Shown here: positions 40,658 through 52,503 of the stretch, in pieces
Layout of the letters: every line of letters begins with the position of its first letter
How positions within the stretch are numbered: position 1 is the first letter of the stretch
Assembly: GCF_006345805.1 (NCBI RefSeq)
Contig: NC_043023.1
Coordinates: 18,042,001-18,106,000, forward strand
Length of the DNA stretch: 64,000 nt
Origin: Octopus sinensis
Taxonomy: Eukaryota
Direction: 5' to 3'
The notes under the pieces: model-generated
Told to the model about the DNA's origin: nothing
The model's database searches: none
The model's input: only the letters and a program-made list of their open reading frames with translations
Position numbers and translations under genes: made by a program

Positions 40658-41540
40658 GAAGAAAGAAAGACAGAAAGAACGAAGAAAAAAGAAAAGAAGA
40701 AAGAAAGAAAGGATGGAAGATAGACAGAAAGAAGAAAGAAAGGGACGAACGAAAGAAGAAAGAATAAGAAGATAGAACTAAAGAATAAGATAGACATAAA
40801 GAATAAAGAAAGAAAGACGGAATAATAAATTAAGAAATAACTAGAAAGAAAGAAATGAGAAAGTAAAAGAAATACATAATGAAGACATAATTGAAGAAAG
40901 AAAGAAAGACATACAGAAGAAAAGACAGTAAGAAGAAAGAAAGAAAGAAAAGAAAGAAATAAATAAGGAATACAGAAAGAAAGAAAGATTTGAAGAAAGA
41001 AAGAAGAAAGACAGTAAGGAAGAAAGAAAGAAAGAAGAAAGAAAGGAAGAAAGAAAACAGAAAGAAATTATGAAGAATAAAGAAAGAAAGTAAGTGAATA
41101 ATGAAAGAAAAGAAAAGGAAGAAAGACAGAAAGAAGAAAGATAGAAAGGAAAAAGAAGGAGGAAGGAAGTAGGAAACATAAATGAATAAAGAAAAATTAA
41201 GACATAAGAAAGGAAAAATGGAAAGTAAAATAAAGAAAGAAAGAAGGAAAGTAAAGAAGGAAGGAAGAAAGACAGAAAGTAAGACAGAAAGGAGGAAAGA
41301 AAGCCGGAAAGAAATAAAGAGAGAAAGAAAGGAATGAAGAAAAAGGAAAGAAAGGAGGAAACAAATAAAGGAGAAAAGAAAGAAAGAGAGAAATGAAAGA
41401 ACGAAAGAAAGACAAAAAGAGAAAAAGGATGGAGAACGAAAGAAAGAGGGAAAGAAATGAAGGAAGGAAGGGAGAAAGAAAGAAAGAAAGAAGGAAAAGA
41501 AGAAAGGAAGGAAGGAAGAAAGAGATAAAGGAAAGAAGAA
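39380..41540. repeat. ~2.1-kb degenerate (GAAA/GGAA)n polypurine tract
   Basis: Directly visible; produces the spurious S/F/L and K/E/R ORFs. Confidence 0.95.
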
Positions 41541-43881
41541 AGAAAGGCTGAAGTGATTCTGCAATGGAGGATGAGATGAGAGAGGGAGAAAGAGGGAGAG
41601 GGGGAGGAAGAGAGGAAGAGCGAATTAGAACAAAACGTTTTTAGTAGAGAGGGAAAGTATGAGTTGAGAGACGAAGAGAAAAAGGCGAAGTGTTAATATA
41701 TAATGGGGAGAGAGAGAGAGAGAGGAGTGCGAGAGTGAAGGAGAGAGAAAATATGAGGAAGAACTAGATGGGGAGAAAGAGAGAGAGAGAGAGTGAGAGA
41801 AGCAGAAAGAGAGAGAGAAACAGGGAGAGAGAGAGAGACTGATATATATTTGAAGCAAGAGGAGAGAATGAGGTAATATAGAAAGGAAGGCGGAGGTGTG
41901 TTGAAAATGAGAGGCTGAGAGAAAGGAGACAAAGAGGGAGAAGATGATTGACGTGTTTTGGTAGACGAGAGAGAAAGGGAGGGAGAGAGAAAGAGAGAGA
42001 AAGAAGAGTGACGGAGTGATATAGAAAGATATATAGAGTAAGGGAGGGAGGGAGAGAGAGAGAGAAAGGACGACTGAGAGAGAGAGAAAGAGAGCATGAG
42101 GTAAGAGAGAGAAAGTGGGAGTGACGGAATGATATAGAAAGATATATAGAGTAAAGGAGGGAGAGAAAGAGAAGAGATGAATGAGAGAGAGAGGGGGGGA
42201 ATTGAAACAAAACGCTATATGGGTTTAGTAAGGTAGAGAACGGGGGGCGGGGTCAAGACAGAAAACAAGAGAGTGGGCGGATTCTGTAATAAATAATGAG
42301 ATGAGAGAATAGAAAGAGATAGAGAGACAAAGAAAGAAGGAGCGAGAGAGAGAGAGAGAACGATGAATATATTTGCAAATAGAGGAAGGGTAGGAGGTAA
42401 TAAATGAAATGGGTGGAGTCATGGTGAATTAGATAATTAGATGGGAGGAGCGAACGGTAAGGATAATAACTCTTATTACATCCCTTTTTGCATGAAACTG
42501 TATCAGGTTCTGTTTTGTTAAATAAAATCTGTGAAGATTTCCAAATCTGTTTTAATGTAAATAATTCATTGAAGTGTTTAGAAATTGGCGAATATGTTTA
42601 GGGAAGAAGAAAGGAGTGTTTCATTGAAACCTTACGCTTTTTTACTGGGTTCAGTCATTGCACAGCGGCCAGGCTGGGGTAAACTTTTCAGGAATTTCAA
42701 TTGAAGGGACTACTCCAGCATATGTTTGTGTGTGTGTGTGTGTGTGCGTGCGTGTGTGTACGTGCGTGCATAATATTTCTGTCGGTAACTTTTGCCAAAC
42801 GACTAATCTACAGGGACGTAAACAACCAAACACTGGTCGTGAAGCCATGGGGTTTAGTAAAATGTAAGCACACACACGCGCGGACACACATACATAGAGT
42901 AAGTATGTAATTAATCATTAATTAAATAATTAAATACATCGATTCGGCGCAATAATGAAAGTTTCAGAATTCCTCGTGCCTTTCAGCTGCATTTGGTTCC
43001 AATCGTTCACACTTACATCTCAATACAAATCATAGGTTGGATGCTGCAGCAACTGAAATCACAAGTCAACGCGCATTCGCGTTTCTTCATCCTTTTTCCC
43101 TTTGTGGATGCGGCCAAGCTTCCATTCGGCGACGCAATACACAGCACTTAGAAGAGGGTCAGACTTAATTCATCTGTTTAAACAAGTTTCGTGCAAATCG
43201 TTCGCTCTGATGACGCGTCAGAGAACGTTAAGGATATTCGCCTAAGCTTGGCCTTGCATCATGCTAGAAATAACAGCCAGCTACCTCATATTGACATTGT
43301 TTTTGCTTTTCAGTTTGTTGTCTTCTTATTCCCATCCTGAATGCAGATGGTGAAGTCCATGGAGACACGTTCCTTCTCTCTCCATAGATGCGACCTTCTT
43401 TAAGCTAGAAACAACAGGCAGAGTACCTTCAGCCATATCTTAAATCAATTAGCAATTTTGGAATATATTTCACTTTGAAAAGAAATCACATTTAATTTAT
43501 TTGGTTTGCAGATTTTTCTGTATTCATTCTTTCAGCGCGTGAATACTTAAAACAAAAGATTATCGAGATGGATGTCAGCTGAATTAAAAGAAACGATATT
43601 ACCGCCATAGCGTGAAATATTTCACGCCTCCTTCTGTCCATGAATACATGTGGAGCAGAAAGTTCAACTATCAGAAACATGTATTCGAAGATTTTATTTG
43701 TTTTATCAACTAAAATTACAGACAGGGCTTTACAGTAAAAAAGTTGGTTCCCAACCGTATGGTTCCAGGTTCGGTATCACTGCGTGGCGCCTTGTCCAAA
43801 TGTCTTCTGTTATATACCTTCGATTCGACCAAAGACATGTGAGTAGATTCGGTAGACGTAAACTGAAGGATGCTCGTCGTA

Positions 43882-43912
<31 letters not shown>

Positions 43913-46577
43913 CTCACGTGTGTGTGTGTGTGTGTGTCTTTGTGTTTGCGTTTCACAATTACCCACTGCTTCACAAACAGTGTTTGTGTGTTTACGTCCA
44001 CTTAGATTAACCGTTTGGCAAAAGACACCGGTAGACGGAGTACCATGCGTAAAAACATGAAAAAAAATTACTGGGATGATTCATTCGATCAAATTTTACA
44101 AAGCGGTGCCCCAGCTTGGCCGTAGCCGAATGATTGAATTCAGTAAAAATTGACAAAATTGAAACGAAATTCATTTTTAAGAAATTTAAAAGAAAAATTA
44201 ATGAAATGGTTTTATACTTTATCGTTCCTTATGTGAGATTTGGCTGTTGTTTCTAGCATGTGCAGCAGCAACAGTGGTTGTGTGACGATTGCAGAGAAGA
44301 GCGAAGTTAAAGAGTAAGAATCGGAAATTTAAAAGACGAAATGGTCAGATGTGAAAGGAAAAACGAATGAGTGACGTGGAGAAATGTTCGATATTTATTG
44401 ATAATGTATTATAAACACTTCGATCTCTTATTTACAGTAAATCATAATTGGAAATCTTCACAAACTGCGGCGGAAGACAGATTTTATTGAACACAACAGG
44501 AAGTAATAGTTTAAAGGGTAAATGGGATTGAATAAGAGTTATTACCCTTACTCTCTCAACTTTGACACCGCCCACAACCACCACTACCTTATATAATGTC
44601 GTTGACCCCGCCCATCTTGCTTCCTTTATTACCTCACACCCTTCCTCCATTAGTAAAGATATTCAACGTTTTCAAGCACTCCCACCCTCTTTCTCTCTCT
44701 CTCTCTGTCCCTTTCTCTTCCCGCCCCTCTCTCACCTCATTATTTATCACAGAATCCTTCTCTTATATATCACTCCCCCTCTCTTATCTTTTCTCTGATC
44801 CCAGTCTCCCACCCCTACAAAACATATCCTCCCACTTCTCCCTCTTTGTCTCCTTTCTCTCAGAACCTCATTATATATTCATTTTAATCACCCCCCAGCT
44901 CCCTTGCAAAAGCGTTCACCTCTTCCTCTCCCTCACTAACTGTATATATGTCTCTCTTTCTCTCTCTCTCTCTCTCACGCATTATGTCTCTCTCTCTCTC
45001 CCACTCTCATTCTTTCTCTGCTTCCTCATACATTAATATAATCCCTCCCCTTCCCTCGGGTTTCTCTCTCCACTCTTTCTTCCATTCTTTCTCTCTAGTC
45101 TCTCCCACCTCTTAATATCTTACCTCTCCCTATTCCTCTCCTTTTATTCCTAAGAAACCTTTTTTCTTACAAATAAAATTATTTTCAGATTTACCTTAAA
45201 ATTTCTCTCTCGCTAATTATTTTACCAGAAGCTAATTATTTAACTAACGATTAATACATAATTACTGTGTAGTTCTAATTGAGGAAATTAAACAGTCGAG
45301 GCATTGACGGACAATTTAAGAAGCATTTATTCAAAGAATCGTCCTACACGCGGTTTGACATCATGCTAGAAATAACAACCACTACACTCAAACTGCTTTG
45401 TTTTTCATACGAATTTGAAAGACAATTTAAGAAGCATTTATAAAACTTCTTCCCGGATCTGGTCAGACTTCTTCCTCGAATGAGAAACCAAGTGAAGAAG
45501 CGTCTATAAAACGTACTGGTGGTCTGTTATCTTGCTAGAAATAACAGCTCATCACACTATACTTTACATCCTTTTATGAGGGTCACTTTAAGGAGCTTCT
45601 ACGGAAATATAGTCCAATTGGGATAAATGTGATGCTAGAAATAACAGCCAAGTATGTTAAAGTTTGGTTTGTGTTTCATATGAAAATGAAGGACACTTCG
45701 TACTCTTCTCTCTCCTTCCTCATTCTGTATTAATACCTCATCCTTCCCTATTCCTTTCTCTATACCTGATAGACTCCCTCTCTTATCACCACATCATTCC
45801 CTCTCCTTCTCTACTCCTCTCTCTGTCATTTATTTATGTTATTGTTTAACCCCGCCTCCCTCATCCCTCGTTTTCTCTCAACTCTTACTCTCCCTCCCCT
45901 CCCTCACAAAGCATATATATCATACATCATCTCTGTTTCCTTCCCCCTCCCTCACTTTTGTCTCTCTCCCTCCTTTTTTTAACCACCTCATATCTCATAC
46001 TATCCCTCTACCTCTTTTGCGCTCCGCCCACGTCACACTCTTCCTCTCTTTCTAAACCTATGTATATTCTCTCTCTCCTCTCCCTCCTCCACCTCCTTAT
46101 AATATATCTCTCATTCTCTATACCTCATTCTTTCCCTCTTTCTCCTCCCTTTCCATCCATCCCCTCTCTTTCTATATCTGTCTTTCTCTCTCTTTCTCTC
46201 TCCATTTCTCTATTTCAGTCTCTCTCTTTATCCCTCTCGCTTCTTATGTCTCTCTCTGTCTCCGTGTCTCTGTTTGTCTGTCTCTCTCTTTCTCCCTCTC
46301 TCTCCCCTCTCTCTCGATTACGTTATTATATATTAATGCTCCGCCTTTTTACTCTTTGTCTCTCATCTCATACTCCTCCTCTCTTCTTAACATTAATTTC
46401 TCTAATCCCTCCTCCTTCCTTCCCTCCCTCTCTCCCTCCCTCTCCCTCTTTCTTCTCATCATTTTTACAGAATTACGTCGCCTTCCTCTCTATCTCTCTC
46501 ATTCTTTCTTTCTTTTTGTTTCCCTTTCCTTTCTTTTTTCTCTCTTTTTTCTTTCTTTTTTCCTTTCTTCTTTCTTC
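41540..46577. repeat. Old inverted duplication: left arm ~41540-42890, right arm ~43950-46577
   Basis: 42531-42544 is the reverse complement of 44448-44461 within a longer collinear match. 42270-42410 matches 44615-44760, and 41620-41720 matches 46300-46400, both in inverted orientation. Confidence 0.75.
43715..44160 (+). mobile_element. tRNA-derived SINE
   Basis: ttcccaaccgtatggttccaggttcgg...gcgtggcgccttgtccaaatgtcttct...gtagacgtaaactgaagga; an inverted tail copy lies at 42640-42880. Confidence 0.75.
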
Positions 46578-46677
46578 NNNNNNNNNNNNNNNNNNNNNNN
46601 NNNNNNNNNNNNNNNNNNNNNNNNNNNNNNNNNNNNNNNNNNNNNNNNNNNNNNNNNNNNNNNNNNNNNNNNNNNNN
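46578..46677. other. Assembly gap (100 N)
   Basis: Directly visible. Confidence 1.
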
Positions 46678-46703
46678 GGACTTACAAGCAGAAAAGATGA
46701 CGA

Positions 46704-46987
46704 AATAAAATGATTATATAAAAGTGTAGATTTGTAAAGGAGAAAGAGGTGAATAATAATTGAAAAGTTGGTGTGCCGTTTATAGATAGAGAGAGAGAGG
46801 GATTAAGAGACTAGCCCTTAATTTATAAATCTTTATTATTTCTTTAGTCTGCAATAAAAAGAAGGGACACAAAACTTTTATAATGATGTATGATTTTTAC
46901 ATCTCATCACATTTATAGTCATTTAAGCCCGAATCTTTGGTTGGTTTAATTTCGGAACACTCTTTCACTCTCTCTCTTTCTCTCTCT

Positions 46988-47032
<45 letters not shown>

Positions 47033-47118
47033 ATAATATACACATGCATATATATGTATATATATATGTATATATACATGCATACATATATACGTGCATG
47101 CATGCATATATATATATA

Positions 47119-47159
<41 letters not shown>

Positions 47160-47922
47160 GTACATATATATATATATATACATACGTACATACATACAGA
47201 TATATATATATATACATATATGTGTACGTACATACATATATATGTACATATATACACATACATACACATACATACTCTTTCACTCCTTTTTACTCTTTTA
47301 CTTGTTTCAGTCATTTGACTGCAGCCATGCTGGAGCACCGACTTTCTTCGAGCAAATCGACTCCGGGACGTATTATTTGTAAGCCCAGTATCGGTCTCTT
47401 TTGCCGAACCGCCATGTGATGGGGACAAAAACCCCCCAGCATCGGTTGTCCAGCAATGCTAGTGGGACAAACACAGACACAGAATCATATATGCACATAC
47501 ATATATATACAAATATACGTCGGGCTTCTTTCAGCATCCGTCTACCAAATACACTCACAAGGCTTCGGCCGGCCAGATGCTATAGAGGAAGACACTGGCT
47601 CAAGGTGCTACGCAGTGGGACTCAATCCAGAACCATGTGGTTGGTAAGCAAGCTATTTACCACACAGCTACTCCTGCTCCTATACATGTATGCATACATA
47701 TATACGCACACACATACATATGTCTATATATATATAAACATGCATACATGCTTATATACGTACATAAACATACATATACCTATATATAAACATATATACG
47801 CACATACACACAGACATATATATATATAAAAATTCATACATGCTTATATAAATACATACATAATATATATATATGTGTGTATATTTTTTTAAATACATAT
47901 ATATCTGTAGAAATATACATGC

Positions 47923-47970
<48 letters not shown>

Positions 47971-48348
47971 TTGTGTATATGTATGTATGTATGTAAGTAT
48001 GTATTTAAGTATGTATATATGAATGTATGTATGTATGTATCTATCTATCTATATATATATACATATATTTATATATATATATATACATATATATATACAC
48101 TTGGAGTTTCATCGTCTGAGAAATTTCAGTGTTTTGTTTCTATTTACATGCATGATTATTTTGTATATGACTCCTAAGGTGTCTCATTTGCTTAATTTCA
48201 TCTTTCCTTATCCTTCTTTCTCTCTCTCTTCACATATGGAAAAGACATGCATACACATATATGCATACATACACTCAAACATATATAAGTCATACATACA
48301 TACATACATGCATACATACATACATACATACATACATACATACATACA

Positions 48349-48379
<31 letters not shown>

Positions 48380-49670
48380 GCATCACAAGATTTCAATTTA
48401 TCAGTTTTCCGATTCAGTATTTTGTCTGACATTTCAAATTAGGATAAAAATTCTTGAAATATTTTAAACGAACACAAAATAAAGAAATGGGTTCGAAATT
48501 GATTGTTGCATAACAAAATATGATAGCAGAGTGTGTAAACCAATATTATATTGAATGAAATCACAGTGACAACGTGACTGACATCTCAGGTGTGGCAATA
48601 TTCGATGACGATATCAAATTACCTCAGGCGTGTTCTTTATTCACTACTCATTATTTTACGAAAACTGATCCTGTCTAAAATTAACGATGGTTATCTTGAT
48701 ATATCCTGGTGGTGTTTTGCGTGTGTGATGTTGTTGGCGTTGTCATTGTTGCTATCGTCCCTCCCATTTAGCTGATCAAATGACAGTATTGCAGACACAG
48801 ATATATTGTCCCGGATATTTTATGACTTCATCGAGCTGCAACCATACTGAACTGGTTAGATGTGTGGTGGGTGAAATGAGGCCACGTCACCTCTTGCGCT
48901 AATTCTAGTGAACACTTGATTTGTAGAAGTGAGTTCTAATCTTAGGTGGTGCTCTGAAATAATCTCTAATGTAGAAAACATTCTAGCCATGACCATCCAG
49001 TCTTTTGGGTGAGGGTCAAGATAAAATCACATAGTTCACAATATCCTTTATTTCTTATGATATCAAGGTGTGAGTTGAGTGAGGTTTAGCTGCTTTTTCG
49101 ACCGGGTCATCACGGTGGCCAATTGACAACTTTGAATTAATTGCTCCGGCTCTCTCTATTCTGAGATCAAATCCAACTGAAATTAAATTCTTGAGGGTCA
49201 ATAAATAAACTAGTAGAAAAATCTTCCCCACCACGCTATTGCACTGATTCCATTAAGGGCACAAGGCTAAGCATTCGAATAAAACGTAGAGTTGGACTGA
49301 GCAGAAATATGTAGGGTGGTGGTAGTTGTGGCTGTGGTAGTGTTGATGATGAAGGCAGTGTCGGTGGTATAGGTACTAGTGGTGGTGTTGGTAGTGTAGT
49401 TTTGTGGAAGTGATGGTGGTTGGGGTTATGGTGACAGTGGTGATGCCTTTTGCAGACGAAGGGTGGTATTGGTGTAGTTGTAGCTGTTTAATCCCAATTT
49501 CGCCCTGATCCATCAACATAGAATCCAAGACACTCCACCCATGACACATTGTTTGGATTAACTTTACACACTGGTTAAAGACATTAAGTACCAGTAATAT
49601 ACCGCTTCTATTCTTCTCATCTAAATCTCCTTCATGCTTTATTTACTCTGCCTAATTAATTACCTTGCAT
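46704..49670 (+). repeat. Direct segmental duplication, copy 1 (copy 2 at 54856-57170)
   Basis: Collinear match from aataaaatgattatataaaagtgtag to attaagtaccagtaatat...ctaaatc. Confidence 0.95.
47270..47680 (-). mobile_element. SINE present only in duplication copy 1
   Basis: Same family as 33914-34050 and 58683; absent at the equivalent site in copy 2 (~55320-55550). Confidence 0.8.
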
Positions 49671-49824
49671 ACACACAGCACATTTATATACCTACCTACA
49701 TACAAAATACAGTAAAGTGTCACTAAGAGATTTGGCTGTTATTTCACTTAAGACTAGATACTATGAACAGGCCTTCCTCACAAGCTCAGTCTTATATAAA
49801 TGCATACATACACAAACACATCTG

Positions 49825-50001
<177 letters not shown>

Positions 50002-50136
50002 ATATATATATATATATAATATATATATATATATTATTTTATTTTATAGAAGGAGCTTCTATAAAATAAATTAATTTACTCTGCTATGTATTGAGTACCT
50101 TATTTACTGTGGTTAACCCCGACTCAACCCGGGACC

Positions 50137-50194
<58 letters not shown>

Positions 50195-50281
50195 AATAAG
50201 GATAATATCATTATTTAAATATCGATATCATCAAGTGGCCAGCATGGGAAAAATACCGTACAGAGGTAATAATTATTTTAC

Positions 50282-50461
50282 AACTAAAAATAAGAGTGTC
50301 TAAGAGACACCACCATGCCGAAATAGCAGTCAAAACCCTGACTTTAAAAACCACGTAAAATGTTCATGGTACGATATGAACATTTAACGTGGTTTTTAAA
50401 GTCAGGGTTTTGACTGCTATTTCGGCATGGTGGTATCTCTTAGACACCCTTATTTTTAGTT
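50282..50461. repeat. Near-perfect 180-bp palindrome
   Basis: Arms 50282-50367 and 50376-50461 with 3 mismatches; loop ggtacgat. Confidence 0.95.
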
Positions 50462-50727
50462 ATATATATATATATATTTGAAAACCCCACTGGAATGGGA
50501 GAAAGCGCTAATAATCCGAATGATGTGATCTGAATGATATGATATATATATGTAATTGTAATATATAAATAAATATCTATAAATATGAACCATCCGATCT
50601 TCTGATTACCTAATTTCTTCAAATATATATATATATATATCTGTCTATCTGTCTGTCTTTCTGCCAGTCTGTCTGTCTGTCTCCCCCTCTCTCTCTCTCT
50701 GTATATAAACGTATATATATATATATA

Positions 50728-50792
<65 letters not shown>

Positions 50793-50827
50793 TTACACAC
50801 ACACACACCCAGAGAAAACTAGCTAGG

Positions 50828-50894
<67 letters not shown>

Positions 50895-51387
50895 CATCAT
50901 CATCATCATTTAACGTCCGTTTTCGAAACTGGAATAGGCTGCACAGTTTTTTCTACTAGAGTTGACACTCTAGAGAACTGCTTCAGGTTCCATTCTAGTT
51001 TGGCTTGGAATGGTCTGTAGGGCTGGATGCCCTTCCTAATACCAACCACTTCACAGTGTGTGGTGATTTCTTTTCGTGTGACACCGGAATGAGCGCGCAT
51101 AGGTGCCGCCTGTATGTGTGATCTGTACGTGGCATCGGCAGGCCAGTTCTGTTTATCAGGGTAGGGCCGTAATACTTCTGCTGTGGAGGTTGTGTATTCC
51201 TCAGTAAAGCAAGGCTCCAGATATATGTGCGTGCGTATGTGTGTGTGTGTTTCTGTCTACACTACTAATTAGGGTTCTGGAATGTTAATATATTTCGTAA
51301 TTGTGGTATCATTAGTTCGATAATTAAGCCTTGTGCGTGTGCGTTGACGCTCACAAAATCACAAACATACAAAACTACACATACAAA

Positions 51388-51428
<41 letters not shown>

Positions 51429-51799
51429 AATGGCATGTCGACTACATCGAACACAGGACTTGACTTTTTCTTAATTTATTGACCCTTAAAAGTCAACCTT
51501 GGTGTCGTTTGAACTCAGAATGTAATGAGCCTGTAAAAATGTTGTTAATCAATTTGTCCGACTCATTTAATAACAATCCTTTCTACTCTAGGCACAAGGC
51601 CTACAATTTTGGTAGAAAGCAGAAAGTTAAATTCATCGACCTCAGTACACAACTGGTACTTATATTATTGATCCTAGGAAGATGAAAGAGAAAGTGACCT
51701 AGGTAGGATTTGAACTCAGAACTTAAAGATCAGGAAGAGAAGCAACAAACATCTTGTAACGGTAAGGATTCTCCCTGGCTTCCACCTTCAATTTAGTGA

Positions 51800-52165
51800 T
51801 AAGAATTTCAAGTTATGGCAGAAAATCGATTTGTTTTGAGAGGGGGCTATATCGATTATTTCGACCCCAGATCTCAGGGGCTTCTTATCTTATCGAAAGA
51901 AAATGTCAACATCAGTGGGATTTGAACACAAAACGTAAACACGGACAAAATGCTGCTAAGTATTTGGTCCGGTGTGCTAACGATTCTGCCAGCTTGCCGC
52001 CTTACATTATTCTTTTCTTGTCTACCCTAGGCACAAGGCCCGACATTTTTCGGAGAGGGGACCAGTTGATTAGATCGCATCCAGTATGCAACTGGTACTT
52101 AATTTATCGACTCCGAAAGGACGAAAGGCAAATCAACCTCAGCGGAATTTGAACTCACAACATGA
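51800..52165 (-). mobile_element. Tandem SINE copies (family of 63069)
   Basis: caactggtacttaatttatcgac...gaaaggcaaatcaacctcagcggaatttgaactc; further copies at 51445-51740. Confidence 0.75.
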
Positions 52166-52219
52166 AGACAGACGAATGACCAGAATGATATTAATAATGA
52201 TAATACTGAGCTTGTTGTC

Positions 52220-52503
52220 TGTTCCTTCTCAACACATGCCTGGTTCATAGGGCCGCTTCCCGGTTTCCTTGGCGTATAGGTTACCCACCTTGACGGGACT
52301 CCGGTTTGTCGCAGGTAAGCCGCATGATAAAGGAGGGAAGAGTGAGAGAAAGTTGTGGCGAAAGAGTCAGCAGAAGTTCGCCATTACCTTCTGCCGGAGC
52401 CGCATGCTGCTTAGGTGTTTCGCTCATAAACACACACATCGCCTGGTCTGAGATTCGAACCCGCGACCCTCGACCGCGAGTCCGCTGCTCTAGTCACTAG
52501 GCC
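52220..52503 (-). mobile_element. tRNA-derived SINE, second family
   Basis: Reverse complement ggcctagtgactagagcagcggact...gggttcgaatctcagacc (A and B boxes), followed by a non-tRNA body. Confidence 0.8.

Noticed and set aside
39276-41858. Long ORFs of 244-486 aa rich in S/F/L or K/E/R
   Set aside because: They are translations of the (GAAA)n tract, which lacks stops by composition.
43203-43232. ctCTGATGAcgcgtcagagaacg
   Set aside because: It has CTGATGA but no stem II-GAAA geometry; better explained as a small palindrome with a 3-nt duplication.
46897-48467. Many YI/HT/VC-repeat ORFs here and elsewhere (5224, 13512, 28196, 33552, 55342)
   Set aside because: They are (TA)n, (CATA)n and (TG)n microsatellite translations.
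48780-48870. HLTSS peptide on the minus strand of the duplicated core as a GPS remnant
   Set aside because: No preceding CxC or W/GC motifs, a stop follows, and there are no good splice sites.
52106-52130. ctccgaaaggacgaaa, resembling hammerhead stem II plus GAAA
   Set aside because: It lies within the SINE body, with no CUGANGA core or stem I/III; other copies read differently.
52440-52503. tRNA genes (also 29826 and 63069)
   Set aside because: A/B boxes are present, but there is no complete cloverleaf and each continues into a SINE body.
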